DNA of 63,065 nt, counting the filler, from Octopus bimaculoides (lineage: Eukaryota): assembly GCF_001194135.2 (NCBI RefSeq). It is 5 parts of 5 records of this genome, joined end to end, with 100 filler letters (N's around TTAATTAATTAA, not from the genome) between each part and the next. Parts side by side here need not be neighbours in the genome. Positions count along the whole stretch, not along the records: positions 31,584 to 53,513 come from NC_068983.1; positions 53,614 to 60,977 come from NC_068997.1; positions 61,078 to 63,065 come from NC_068985.1; 2 more parts are not named here. One strand, written 5' to 3'. The position numbers were made by a program, and so were the translations under genes. Every line of letters begins with the position of its first letter. Positions within the stretch are counted from its first letter, which is position 1. Of this stretch, positions 51,275-62,715 are shown piece after piece. The notes under the pieces are model-generated. The model was not told the origin of the DNA, did not search any database, and was given only the letters and a program-made list of their open reading frames with translations.

Positions 51275-52771
51275 TCTATATACATAAATGGCAATTTCTG
51301 TCTGTTTGCCTATTAGTTTATCTGTCAGTCTGTTACCCTCTTGCTGCCTACACCAGCGAACCAATCTCGACGAAACTTTGCATACATGTTAAACTAACAT
51401 CCATAAAAATCTATAATGCCCCTGCTGTGAGTGGCGGCTGTAGCACGTTTACAAATCAATAACATATCTACTGATATGAATTAAGTAAGGCTTCTGTAAG
51501 GCTCGACCATGCACTCTTTAATGCAAATACCGTGCAACCTTTGTGAGAAGAATTCAGCTTTTCAAAAGGAAAACAATTCTCTATTCAGCACCCGTACGAC
51601 ACGCTGAGGTCACATTAAGGATACGGTCAACTGTACGATTCGTGGATAGGACATGGAAGAATGTAATGACCAATGAATGACCTGGAAGTTGGTCCACCAT
51701 GAGATTAATTTGATGAATTAAATCCAAATCACCATAACAACTTAATCATTTTTATCGCGCAACGCGAGATACGGTCACGCTACGATAAGCTACGACACGC
51801 AACAATACCAGCTACAATACGCGGAACGACGGGTTTGGCATAAAGACTGGAACTGAACAGGAAACGGGATAGGACATGGAACAGAGTAATATTAAACGGG
51901 AACTGGGAATAATCCCCGCTTTCCCGGTATTACTGGTCAACTCATTTATTTTATTCAGNNNNNNNNNNGAACTGGGAATAATCCCCGCTTTCCCGGTATT
52001 ACTGGTCAACTCATTTATTTTATTCAGATGCATATTCGTTTGTTAAAATAATATAGGGACATTCCTTATTCACCCATTAATCGCATTAATAGTTTGTAAT
52101 GCCTATTTTTAGTAATAAACTATTACCATAAAGGTTAATAAAGTATTTAATGGCTTAATTACACCTAACTGATTCTAAAATGTATATAATGTATATATTG
52201 GCGCAGGAGTATATATAGGCGCAGGAGTGGCTGTGTGGTAAGTAGCTTGCTTACCAACCACATGGTTCCGGGTTCATTCCCACTGCGTGGCACCTAGTCT
52301 TCTACTATAGCCTCGGGCCGACCAAAGCCTTGTGAGTGGATTTGGCAAACGGAAACTGAAAGAAGCCCGTCGTATATATGTATATATATATATTTATGTG
52401 TATGTATATGTTCGTGTGTCTGTGTTTGTCCCCCCAACATCGCTTGACAACCGATGGCGGTGTGTTTACGTCCCCGTAACTTAGCGGTTCGGCAAAAGAC
52501 ACCGATAGAATAAGTACTAAGCTTACAAAGAATAAGTCCTGGGGTCGATTTGCTCGACTAAAGGCGGCGCTCCAGCATGGCCGCAGTCAAATGACTGAAA
52601 CAAGTAAAGGAGAGTAAAAGAGGGTATTGACATAGGATTGGGGATGGGGATGGGAGCGGAACTAAAACGGGAACTAAACAGGGAACGGGATAGGACATGA
52701 AACAGTTTAATAGGAACGGGAACTGGAAATGAACCGTGCTTTCCCGGTGTATTACTACGTAATTCAGCTAG
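51275..52771 (+). mobile_element. Probable non-autonomous Helitron-like element with two successive 3' termini
   Basis: The 5' end is A|TCTATATACATAAA followed by (CTGT)-rich sequence and AACCAATCTCGACGAAACTTTG. 3'-end modules AACGGGA..GCTTTCCCGGT end in CTGG|T (51933-51936) and CTAG|T (52768-52771). A SINE at 52217-52620 lies between them. Confidence 0.5.
52217..52620 (+). mobile_element. tRNA-derived SINE, family B (full length, central microsatellite)
   Basis: Head AGGCGCAGGAGTGGCTGTGTGG..GGTTCATTCCC, then a (TA)/(TG) linker and a 3' half ending GAAACAAGTAAA. Used as the reference copy for family B. Confidence 0.9.
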
Positions 52772-52779
52772 TTGATACA

Positions 52780-53147
52780 TGTTGTTGTTGGCACTCCGTC
52801 GCTTACGACGTCGAGGGTTCCAGTTGATCCGATCAACAGAACAGCCTGTTCGTGAAATTAACGTGCAAGTGGCTGAGCATTCCGTAGACACGTGTACCCT
52901 TAACGTAGTTCTCGGGGGATATTCAGCGTGACACAGTATTACAGGCACAACAGAAACAGGAAGTAAGAGTGAGAGAAAGTTGTGGTGAAAGAGTACAGCA
53001 GGGTTCGCCACCATCCCCTGCCGGAGCCGCGTGGAGCTTTAGGTGTTTTCGCTCAATAAACACTCACAACGCCTGGTTTGGGAATCGAAACCGCGATCCT
53101 ATGACCGCGAGTCCGCTGCCCTAACCACTGGGCCATTGCGCCTCCAC
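52780..53147 (-). mobile_element. tRNA-derived SINE, family C (small internal deletion)
   Basis: 10-bp TSD AGTTGATACA (52770-52779, 53148-53157). Lacks the GTGACAAGGCTGGCCCTTTGAA segment. Confidence 0.92.
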
Positions 53148-53613
53148 AGTTGATACACGTGCGCATGTGGGTGTCCGTCATCAGTCTTCAATCTAACTGT
53201 GGCTAATCTCACCCCACTCCTTGTGTATCTATCTATCTATCTAAAAAAATAAAACAAAAAGGCAAAAGAGAGTCACTTACTGTTATAGTTTCTTCAATGA
53301 GAATATTGACCAAGGTTACCGTGGTCTTTTCCGTGGGCTTTTCCTTCCACGGCTAAACCTAAACTGTCCTCCCCTCTTTTTACACGAGAACATTACTGTG
53401 TGATACACGATCCCTATTGATCGGCCTTTCCTTTTCTCTTTTTTTTTTCGATCCCTTTTGATCGAACTGCTCCTTTTTCCCTTCCTACGATCCCTTTTGA
53501 TCGACACCACCAANNNNNNNNNNNNNNNNNNNNNNNNNNNNNNNNNNNNNNNNNNNNTTAATTAATTAANNNNNNNNNNNNNNNNNNNNNNNNNNNNNNN
53601 NNNNNNNNNNNNN

Positions 53614-54778
53614 TTCAGCTGTACATTGTAGAACCTGGTCTCGAAAATCCTCCCATGCTGCAGCAGTTTCAATGCTGGACAAGCGAGTATGAAGTTCTTT
53701 CCTAACCACAACATCATATACCTTGTGGACATTTAGATGGCGAGGAATGCTGACTAGTCCTCTTCCCTCTTTTACACTAATTACCAATCGGAATTTTGCT
53801 CGTACCAGACTGTGGTCTGTCCAGCATTCTGATCCATGGAAGGACTTGACATTACAAATGTCATAAATGTCGCGCTTGCGGATGATGACATAATCCAGCA
53901 AGTGCCAAACTTTGGACCTTGGATGCATCCATGTTGTGTGATCACCTTTGTGCATAAAATGAGTGCTTGCGATGTAAAGTCCATGTTCTTCGCAAAGCTC
54001 CAGTAGCATGAGACCATTGCTATTCATTTTCCCTACTCCAAAACATCCGAGAGAGTTCCATGTTTGCCAGTCTGTTCCAACTCTGGCATTAAAATCCCCC
54101 AGTAGAATGACTTTATCAGAATTGGGGATTTTTCTAAGTATGGCTCTCAGCTGGATATAAAAGATTGTTTTATCTTCATCACAGCTAGTCAAAGTAGGGG
54201 CATAGGCACTTATTAGAGTAGCAAACCGCTTACCTTTCAAATGCAACCGTAGAGTCATTATACGTTTATTTATAGGAACAGGGAGCTCTTCCAACTTCTT
54301 AAGGATATCAGATTGGACTGCAAAACCAACACCAGCCTCTCTGCGCTCCTCCTTCTGCCTTCCTTTCCAAATAAAGGTGTATCCACCTCCTACTTCCTCA
54401 AGCTCACCATCACCTTCTATACGAGTCTCTGAGAGTGCAGCTATATCAATTTTATAACGGTTCAGCTCACGAGCAACAAGTGCAGTGCGTCTTTCAGGCC
54501 TACAATCACTCTTGTTGTCCAACAGAGTGCGCACATTCCAACATGAAATGTTTAAGTTCTGTCCAGATTTTATAAATAAAAGACTCTTTGTTTTTCGAGC
54601 GCAGGATGGACATCCATCGGTCGCGCGAAACTGACCAGATATGGAAAGACAGGCAATTTTTGGTTTAGCTTTTCTAGAACGTCTCCGGGTGAGCAGTGCC
54701 CTCTCCAAATGGAGATGCTCAGACACCCATGCAGCAACCGAATCCTACTGCTTTCTTGGGCAACAAGGAGACGACTTT
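53614..54778 (-). mobile_element. RTE-clade (BovB-like) LINE, 5' part: uninterrupted AP-endonuclease ORF of about 371 codons (53614-54726) running into a scaffold gap
   Basis: Motifs WNVRTLLD, RPERRTALVARELNRYKIDIAALSETR, ISAYAPT, ILLGDFNARVG, TTWMHPRSKVWHLLDYVI and TDHSLV. There is no stop or frameshift up to the N run. A TA-rich flank lies upstream. Confidence 0.93.
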
Positions 54779-55411
54779 ATATCTATATATATATATTTTG
54801 AGTAACCGTTCACTTAGTGTAATTTTATTTTATTTTTCTTTAAGGTATGGATGACTTAAATTTACTTTGAACCTCCCTGTTCTTCTAAACACTTGCTAAA
54901 TATCTAACTCGCTTTGTAATCATGAGTGCGCTTAAGCTTGCATGTGCGTATGCTCATATTTTTGTTAATGCTTGTATGAGCGTGTGTACTCATGCCATGC
55001 AGCTTGCCTGAGGGCGTTTATACATCCATTTCTGTTAACGGTTATTTTCAATACTTTTTTCTCGCTGGGTTAAGTGTTTGTTTCTTTTTTTGTCTTCTGC
55101 AATTTTATTTTTGAATCTTCTATATATATGAAGAATTTTCCTCTGTCTGGCTGTTTTTCTCTCTATAAAACGGAAAGTTGCATTATGGACAGTCATTTTA
55201 AGAAGTTTTTTATTTATTTATCATCCCATGAGATACATCTGCACCACCGGATACTCCTGAACCAGTTTTAGTGTGTCCTACAAGAGGAGTCGATGCTAGA
55301 TGTGTCGAAACAACTGTTGTGATTAATAATATATTCTCGTATATTCCATCTTCTTTCATTTGTCTGTCTTCATTTGTCATTTACATATATATATGAAAAT
55401 TTTTTCAGAAA

Positions 55412-56114
55412 AAGGCTGTAAAAGATTTTGGAACATTTATAAATAGGTCTTACAGCTGCTTCTGGGATATTTTATATAACCCTTCATCGGAGACGGTGTG
55501 AGAAAATGGTTAAGCAATAGTTATTCTAAATAAGATATGACATAAAGAGTGAAGTGGAGGAATGAAAATAGACGTGAGATATGTAGGGATATTGCATCTG
55601 TAGATCCATTATTTAGGCAGAATGGTTTACATATAAGATTCTAGTACCTTGTGAGTAAGTTCCAAGAGTATTTAAAATTGGTCATTCCAAGTATAGAGTT
55701 TGTACATGGTGTTATTGAATCAAAAGTTTATATTTTAAGCGACTAAAGATTAGGAATTGAAAACAGGAAGAGAGGAACAAAGAAAAGAAAAAGAAAAAGA
55801 GCAAAGCAATGAAGAGAAAGTGTACTAGTTAGTGGTCAGTCAAGATAAATTGATAGAAGGAATGAAGAGGTGAGGGTGATAGAGAAGGATATGATTGTGT
55901 AAAAAGATGATAGGGTAAAGAATAAAGGATTGTCAGTTAGAAGGAATGGGGGTGATGGAGAGAGAAAGATATGAGAATGCAAAGAATACACTACATACCG
56001 GACACTCCAGTATGTAGTGATAGAGCTTAAGTAAGGGGCAGAGGTAGTAAAATGGTGGAATGAAGAATTTGGGAATATAGGTCAGGTTGGTTAAAAGACA
56101 GGTCAGTGCTTAGT
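55412..56114 (-). mobile_element. Element of about 700 bp, probably a Penelope pseudo-LTR; inverted partner at 59058-59701
   Basis: Reverse complement of 59058-59701 along its length. A hammerhead-like motif lies at 55447-55494. Confidence 0.65.
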
Positions 56115-56646
56115 ATAATATACTAGCAATATAGCTCGGCGTTGCTCGGGATTAAGCTAGGATTATTAAGTGATCAAGTGCTTTATTTCAAACCAAAATA
56201 AGTAACATCGACATCAGATTTGAGCGAAATCCGTTGAAATTGGTTTGGCTGAAAATGGTTTGCTGGCAATTTGATTGGGAAATCCCATAAGGAATTAGTT
56301 TATCGGTTATTTCCACTCATTGACTGCTTTTTTTAAGTTGCATTAGAGATCTGCATAGGAGAAGGTTGATCTGAAGGTTTACATTGGGGATCTGGATTGG
56401 AGTAACTTAGGAAAACTTACCAACAGCCTTAACCAAAAAATAAGGGGCCTGTCCCTTCTAGGTTAACTATGAGCAACTTAGCCAATTACTGATATCAGTC
56501 GAGTGAGCATTGTTGTTGGAGAAGTCAGCATTGTCCAATAAAAAAGAGGAAGAGTCCATAAGTCATGTTGCCATGGTTTGAGAATATGTCTGGCCGAAGC
56601 TTCCGGATCACTGTTTATAACCACATCGGCTGCAATGACAACTTGT

Positions 56647-56790
56647 CTATAAAACTTCGCTATAGACAACATTGTGTGTTCTGCCCTGAGGAGCATACAC
56701 AAAAAGAGCGTTTCTACTACCCACATGGGAGCAGGCCACATAAAGTTGCCCATGTGAAAAGCATGGTTCCCCTAAATGGATGCCTGCCAC
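56647..56790 (-). pseudogene. Helitron RepHel (PIF1-like helicase) C-terminal 47 codons
   Basis: VAGIHLGEPCFSHGQLYVACSHVGSRNALFVYAPQGRTHNVVYSEVL* carries the FSHGQLYVA(C/L)SRV signature of Helitron helicases (R to H here). Confidence 0.88.
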
Positions 56791-57045
56791 CGGTGTGCTG
56801 AAATCCTTGGAATTTCACTCCCCCCACATATTGATCTTTTCGCCATCTATTTTTCAATGTACGGGAAAAATACAGAGATTAAGAATATGGATAAAATTTT
56901 TTTTTTTAATCTCAAATTTACCATGAAAAACTGGATTTTTTGCGTGGAATCAACTATCCTGGCCTGCTAATATGCTACAAAACCCTTTTTGTGGACCAAA
57001 AAATGGGTTGGGGTGTGGTGGAAGCCTCGGAAATTTTACCCGGTG

Positions 57046-57800
57046 ATCTTAAGATACCAGCGCCAAAACTGTCACTTAACCCACGTGTGTTTATTTACAT
57101 CACATCGGCCTTTTCCATAAAAAGTGTTGGAGGAAAGGAGGGAAACAATGTTGTAAAAGTGAAAGAGATAGAGAGAGCGTGATTTCTTTTGAAGTTGGCA
57201 TGTGTGTGTGTAATATTGCTGGTGTGTGTATGTGTGAGAAAGGGAGAGAGAAAGATAAAGAAAGAGAGATAACTGAAATTATTTTTATTTCCTTTTTATA
57301 GTGAGTATGTGAGACAGAAAGTGTGGTGAAGTTCTTTTGTTAGTGTGAGAGAGAGAGGTTATGTATGTATGTATGAATGGCTACAATGATACACACACAC
57401 AAACACAGGTTATGTATGTGTGTGTGTGTCACTGAATCCATTCACACACACATACAAAACAACCTGCATGTGTGTGTGTCACTGTAGTCATTCATACATA
57501 CATAACCTTTCTCTCTCACACTAACAAAAGAACTTCACCAAACTTTCTGTCCCACATACTCACTATAAAAAGGAAATAAAAATAATTTCAGTTATCCCTC
57601 TCTCTCTCTCTCACATATACACACACCAGCAACATTACACACACATGCTAACTTCAAAAGAAATCGCGCTCTCTCTATCTGTTTCGCTTGTACAACGTCG
57701 TTTCCCTCTTTCCCTCCAACACTTTTTACAGAAAAGGTCGATGTGATGTAAATAAACACACGTGGGTTAAGTGACAGCTTTGGCACTGGTATCGTAAGAT
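57046..57800. repeat. 755-bp imperfect palindrome inside the Helitron
   Basis: 57046-about 57410 is the reverse complement of about 57460-57800, for example ATCTTAAGATACCAG versus CTGGTATCGTAAGAT. The centre (about 57410-57460) is itself a (TG)/(CA) hairpin. Confidence 0.92.
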
Positions 57801-58807
57801 TGCCTTTTACCCATTTATATTGTGTAATTCACTGACAAATTGTTACATACCTCTTTGTTTCATTGTTGTTAAATAAATGGATTTTCAATAAACTTTTTTC
57901 TTCGGTGTGAAATATAAACAAAACTCTTTCGCTCCCAAAGTAGTATGTGTGTGTGAGAGTGAGAGGAGGGAGAAAGATGAACGATTTAAAATAAATATAT
58001 TTTAATTATTGTGTGAGAAAGTATATATAATCTCATTATAAAATATAGTGTCTTTCAAAAACATCCTATATTTGAAACTATATCTCATGTTNNNNNNNNN
58101 NNNNNNNNNNNNNNNNNNNNNNNNNNNNNNNNNNNNNNNNNNNNNNNNNNNNNNNNNNNNNNNNNNNNNNNNNNNNNNNNNNNNNNNNNNNNNNNNNNNN
58201 NNNNNNNNNNNNNNNNNNNNNNNNNNNNNNNNNNNNNNNNNNNNNNNACATTTTCATTTTTGATGAACGCTGACACTTCCTCTACCTTCCTTACTCACAC
58301 CTACCTTTTCTTTCATTAGACAGTTTCTGTCTCCCTCTCCCACTTTTTCTTTACTTTTTTTTTGTTAGACGCTGGCAAACAATCTCTATCTCTCCCTCAC
58401 ACCCCCTCTCTCTCTCACATACACGCACACACACATACATCAAAACACAATTTCTCTCTCTCCCTCACATGCATACGCACAGTTTCACTTCGCCATGTTA
58501 GCAAACTTCAAAATTGGTAAAAGTTATGGTTGAAAATCGATTTTTACAGCTATATGCGGGTGCCTCTGAGAGAAAAAGTTGACGAAAATGCAGATAAGGT
58601 CATGACGAATGTTCTCCTAAAATTGGAGTGACATGCGTGCTAATTTGTGGACGTGTATAAATTACATTCACGGACATACACACACATCCTGCCTTTTATA
58701 TATACAGATACATATGTGAAGATGTATACATGCTTATATTAAAAATGTATATAGATATTTATACATATCAATACCTACATATACAACATGTACTCCTAGG
58801 TATATGT

Positions 58808-58988
58808 ACACCTACATATACAACACGTACTCCTATGTATATGTACATACGTACACACATGTATCTGTATGTATTATCGCCTACGCCCCTCTCTCTGCTC
58901 CTTCCTAAGGCTCTATCACTACATACCAGACAGAGGGAGGTAGGCGATAATACATACACATAGGAGTACGTGTTGTATATGTAGGTGT
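58808..58988. repeat. Nested perfect inverted repeats (31 bp and 17 bp)
   Basis: 58808-58838 is the reverse complement of 58958-58988, and 58868-58884 is the reverse complement of 58940-58956. Confidence 0.92.
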
Positions 58989-59057
58989 TGATATGTATAA
59001 ATATCTATATACATGTTTAATATATGCATGTATACATCTTCACATATATATTCTACA

Positions 59058-59701
59058 ACTAAGCACTGACCTGTCCTTTAACCAACCTGACCTATATTCC
59101 CAAATTCTTCATTCTACCATTCTACTACCCTCTCTCTGCCCCTTACTTAGGTTCTATCACTACATACTGGACACTCCTTTACTCTTTACATTCTCATACC
59201 TTTCTCTCTCTATCACCCATCCCTCCTCATTCCTTCTATCAATTTATCTTGACTGACCACTAACCAGTACACTTTCTCTCTCTTTATTGCTTTGCTTTTT
59301 TCTTTCTTCTCTTTATCTTTTTTATTTTCTTTGTTCCTCTCTTCCTGTTTTCGATTCCCAACCTTTAGCCACTTTAAATAAAACCCTCAATTCAATAGCA
59401 CCATGTACAAACTCTATACTTGCAATGTTCAATTTTAAATACTATTGGAACTTACAAGGTATTGGAATCTTATATGTATACCATTCTGCCTAAATAATGG
59501 ATCTACAGATGCAATATCCCTACATATCTCACGTCTATTTTCATTCCTCCACTTCACTCTCTCCTTCATATCTTATTTAGAATAACTATTGCTTAACCAT
59601 TTTATCACACATTTTATCTTCAATTAAGGGATATATAAAATATCCCGGAAATAGCTGTAAGACCTTCTATTTATAAATGATATAAAATCTTTCACAGCCT
59701 T
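59058..59701 (+). mobile_element. Second, inverted copy of the 700-bp putative Penelope pseudo-LTR
   Basis: Matches 55412-56114 in reverse, apart from an internal indel. A hammerhead-like motif lies at 59616-59663. Confidence 0.65.
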
Positions 59702-59936
59702 GGATTTTTATCTCATTCTGAAAAAAAAAAACAAAAAAAAAAAACAGGCTGACATATGACCTACGTTGGACTCCTCATTCGCATAATCACTGAACCTGCA
59801 GCTTAAATATAGTTTGTCCATAGTACTTATTCAGTATTACCTGACACCTTTGGGACTTATTGACAACATTACCTCTCATAACCAATCTCTCTCTCTCTAT
59901 ATATATATATGTAAGTATGTATATATATATATATAC

Positions 59937-59967
<31 letters not shown>

Positions 59968-60671
59968 TGCATATAAATATATATATATGCATATAAATAT
60001 ATATATATATGCATATAAATATATATATATATATGCATATAAATATCTATACATATAAATTTAACATGGGCGATTCTCTCTTGTGTTGGGATTCACAGTC
60101 AAAAAGCTGGGTAGAATTGCACAAAAATTACACAGATGTGTAGAATGATCCAGTGGTGATGATGGGCTTTGTATTTTTTTCATAGCTCCCATGTTTACTG
60201 AGATAATCTACTATAATAATACTCTTGTGTTTATGAATGAGAAAGGAAGGGATGATAGATGAATATGGAAGGAAGGGGTGATGTCATACATGGTAGTGGG
60301 ATGATGAAAATTGTACGCTGAAAAAGTAATTCAAACAGCATTTCAACTCTGTGTGTGTATGTAAAAATGGAGGTAGGTGAATGTGTGAGTGTGTGCGTGT
60401 GCGTGCACAATGGAAGTGGGATGGTTCATCTTTGCTTGCTTATTATTTGGGTTTATTTTTTGATTTGGTTGAATCTTGGTTTGTTTTTTTTTTTGTTGGT
60501 CAGTTATTTTTTGCGTTTTGACAGAAAAAAGTCATTCTAAAATTGTTTTTTAACATAAGCGTACCCAAACAAGTTGAATGCTGACACAGGGCAGGTTTTA
60601 CAGCCACATCATCCAAACCGACCGGGTGAAACTGGGCTTATGTGCTACTAAATATATAAATATAAAGATAT

Positions 60672-60977
60672 ATATATACTCTTTTACTCATTTCAGTCAT
60701 TTGACTGTGGCCATGCTGGAGCACCGACTTCAGTCGAGCAAATCGAACCCAGGAATTATTCTTTGGAAGCCTAGTACTTATTCTATCGGTCTCTTTTGCC
60801 GAACCGCTAGGTTACGGGGACGTAAACACACCACAATCGGTTGTCAAGCGATGTTGGGGGGACAAACACAGACACACAAACACACACACATATATATATA
60901 TACATACACACGATGGGCGTCTTTCAGTTTCTGTCTACCAAATCCACTCACAAGGCTTTGGTCGGCCCGAGGCTATA
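60672..60977 (-). mobile_element. SINE family B truncated by a scaffold gap
   Basis: The 3' half, linker and part of the 5' half match the reference. Confidence 0.85.
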
Positions 60978-62715
60978 NNNNNNNNNNNNNNNNNNNNNNN
61001 NNNNNNNNNNNNNNNNNNNNNTTAATTAATTAANNNNNNNNNNNNNNNNNNNNNNNNNNNNNNNNNNNNNNNNNNNNTATATATATAAAGGTAACATCCA
61101 AAGATCAAGGCGTATGACTTTAGTGAACTTCATGCAATCCGCAGAAGATATAAAAAACAACTTTTAGGAACAATAGTGGTTTATTGGCGCAGAACGTTGT
61201 GAATTTTTCCCATATCGAAATACGATTAACTGAAAAAAGTTAATTTTATAGTTCACGGTTAGCAACAGGGGTTGTTGTATATGGGTATATATATATATCC
61301 AAAATTTAGATAATGGAGTAGATAAAATCCAGGCTACATATGTTGTATAGCTAGCGGAACCTCGGAAGTTGTAAATTATCCAAACGAGGTGTAGAGCGCA
61401 AGCTACTCCTTAGGTCAAGGATATCTTGATTGTACAAAGTTTACATTGTCGTTAGGAGATCCCCTATTAACTTGTTGGGGATTCGATCGAAATGCCATTT
61501 TGTTTATATGTAAGCTCGAAATAGGGAGTAATTAACAGTCGACAGCTGAGGAGGGTTTAGACTTCTTTTGGTATTTTGTCCTGTACTTGTCTCTCATTAT
61601 GTATTTATGTGTTTACGTATTTTTCACTCGTTGATGATGTCCTATTCTTATTGTGTATTTTTTAGTGCCATGTGTGTAAGCAACCGTATGTGTGTGTGAA
61701 GGTGCATATGCACGTGTGCGCATGTGTGTGCGTGTGTATGTTTGTGTGTTTTGTGTTGGTGGGGATGTTATGTATGTGTACGTGAGTGTGTGTGTGTGTC
61801 TCTGTCTGAGTATGTTTGTGTTGTTTGAATTGTCCTTGTGGTGTGTGTGTGTGTGAGCAACCGTATGTGTGTGTGAGGGTGCATATGTATGTGTGAGTGT
61901 GCATTGTATTTATCAGGGGTTCTGTGTGTGTCCGTGTGCGCTAGGTTTATCAGTGTAGTGTGCATATGTGTTTTGTGTATGTTGGTACTGAGTATGCGTG
62001 TGTGTGTGGGGGGGGGAGTAGTTTATGTAGTTTCCGGGTGCATGTGTGCACATGTGTGTGTGTGTGCGCTGTAATTGTGAGTGATTAGTTTTGTTTGTAT
62101 TGTTAGTGCAGTGTGTGTTTATACGTGTGGGTGTGTTTGTGTGAGTGCGTCTATGTAACTTGTATTTGTCGGGGAGGTGTGTGTCATTGTGTGTGTGCAT
62201 GCTTGTGTGCATGTGTGTTTGTGAGTGTTTGTTGTGAATGTTGGGATTGTATTGTGTGTATATGTGTGTGTTTTTTTCTTTTGATTGTGTGTGTGTGTGA
62301 TTTTTCCTGGAGAAAGGGCGTATTGCGTTTGTGTGTGTGTACATATGTGTGCATATATGCGTGTGTGTTTGCATGGGTTGCGTTGTATTTGCGTGTTTGT
62401 GTGTGTATCTGTGTTTGTGTGAATGTGATTTGTAATTGTCGGGGTGGTGTGTAGGTGTGTGCATGTACGTGTTTACGTATTTGTGTGTGTGTGAGTGTTG
62501 TTTATGGTTGCTAGAATCGTATTGTAAGTGTATATATGCATGTGCTTTTTCTTGGAATGTATATGTGTTTGTGCTCTAGTGTAGGGATATTATGATTTTG
62601 CGTGTGTGTATATGTATGTGTATGTGTTTGCGTCGGAGGTTTGCATTGTATTTGTGTGCGTGTGATTTTGTACATCTGTGTATGCTTGTTTTGAGTGTGT
62701 ACCTGAGGGGGGTAT

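Larger units (their letters stand above)
56123..58708 (-). mobile_element. Non-autonomous Helitron (2586 bp including a 157-N gap)
   Basis: On the minus strand the 5' end is A|TCTGTATATATAAAA (58708). The 3' end is a degenerate hairpin CCCGAGCAACGCCGAG then ..CTAG|T (56123). Insertion is between A and T. It contains a helicase C-terminal remnant. Confidence 0.82.

Noticed and set aside
51899-52026. 60-bp direct repeat either side of a 10-N gap (likewise 47560-47670)
   Set aside because: Identical sequence flanking a minimal gap indicates an unmerged contig overlap.
53270-53355. Minus-strand GTAAGT donor preceded by an open frame (KEKPTEKTTVTLVNILIEETIT)
   Set aside because: There is no credible acceptor or start codon upstream and no recognisable homology.
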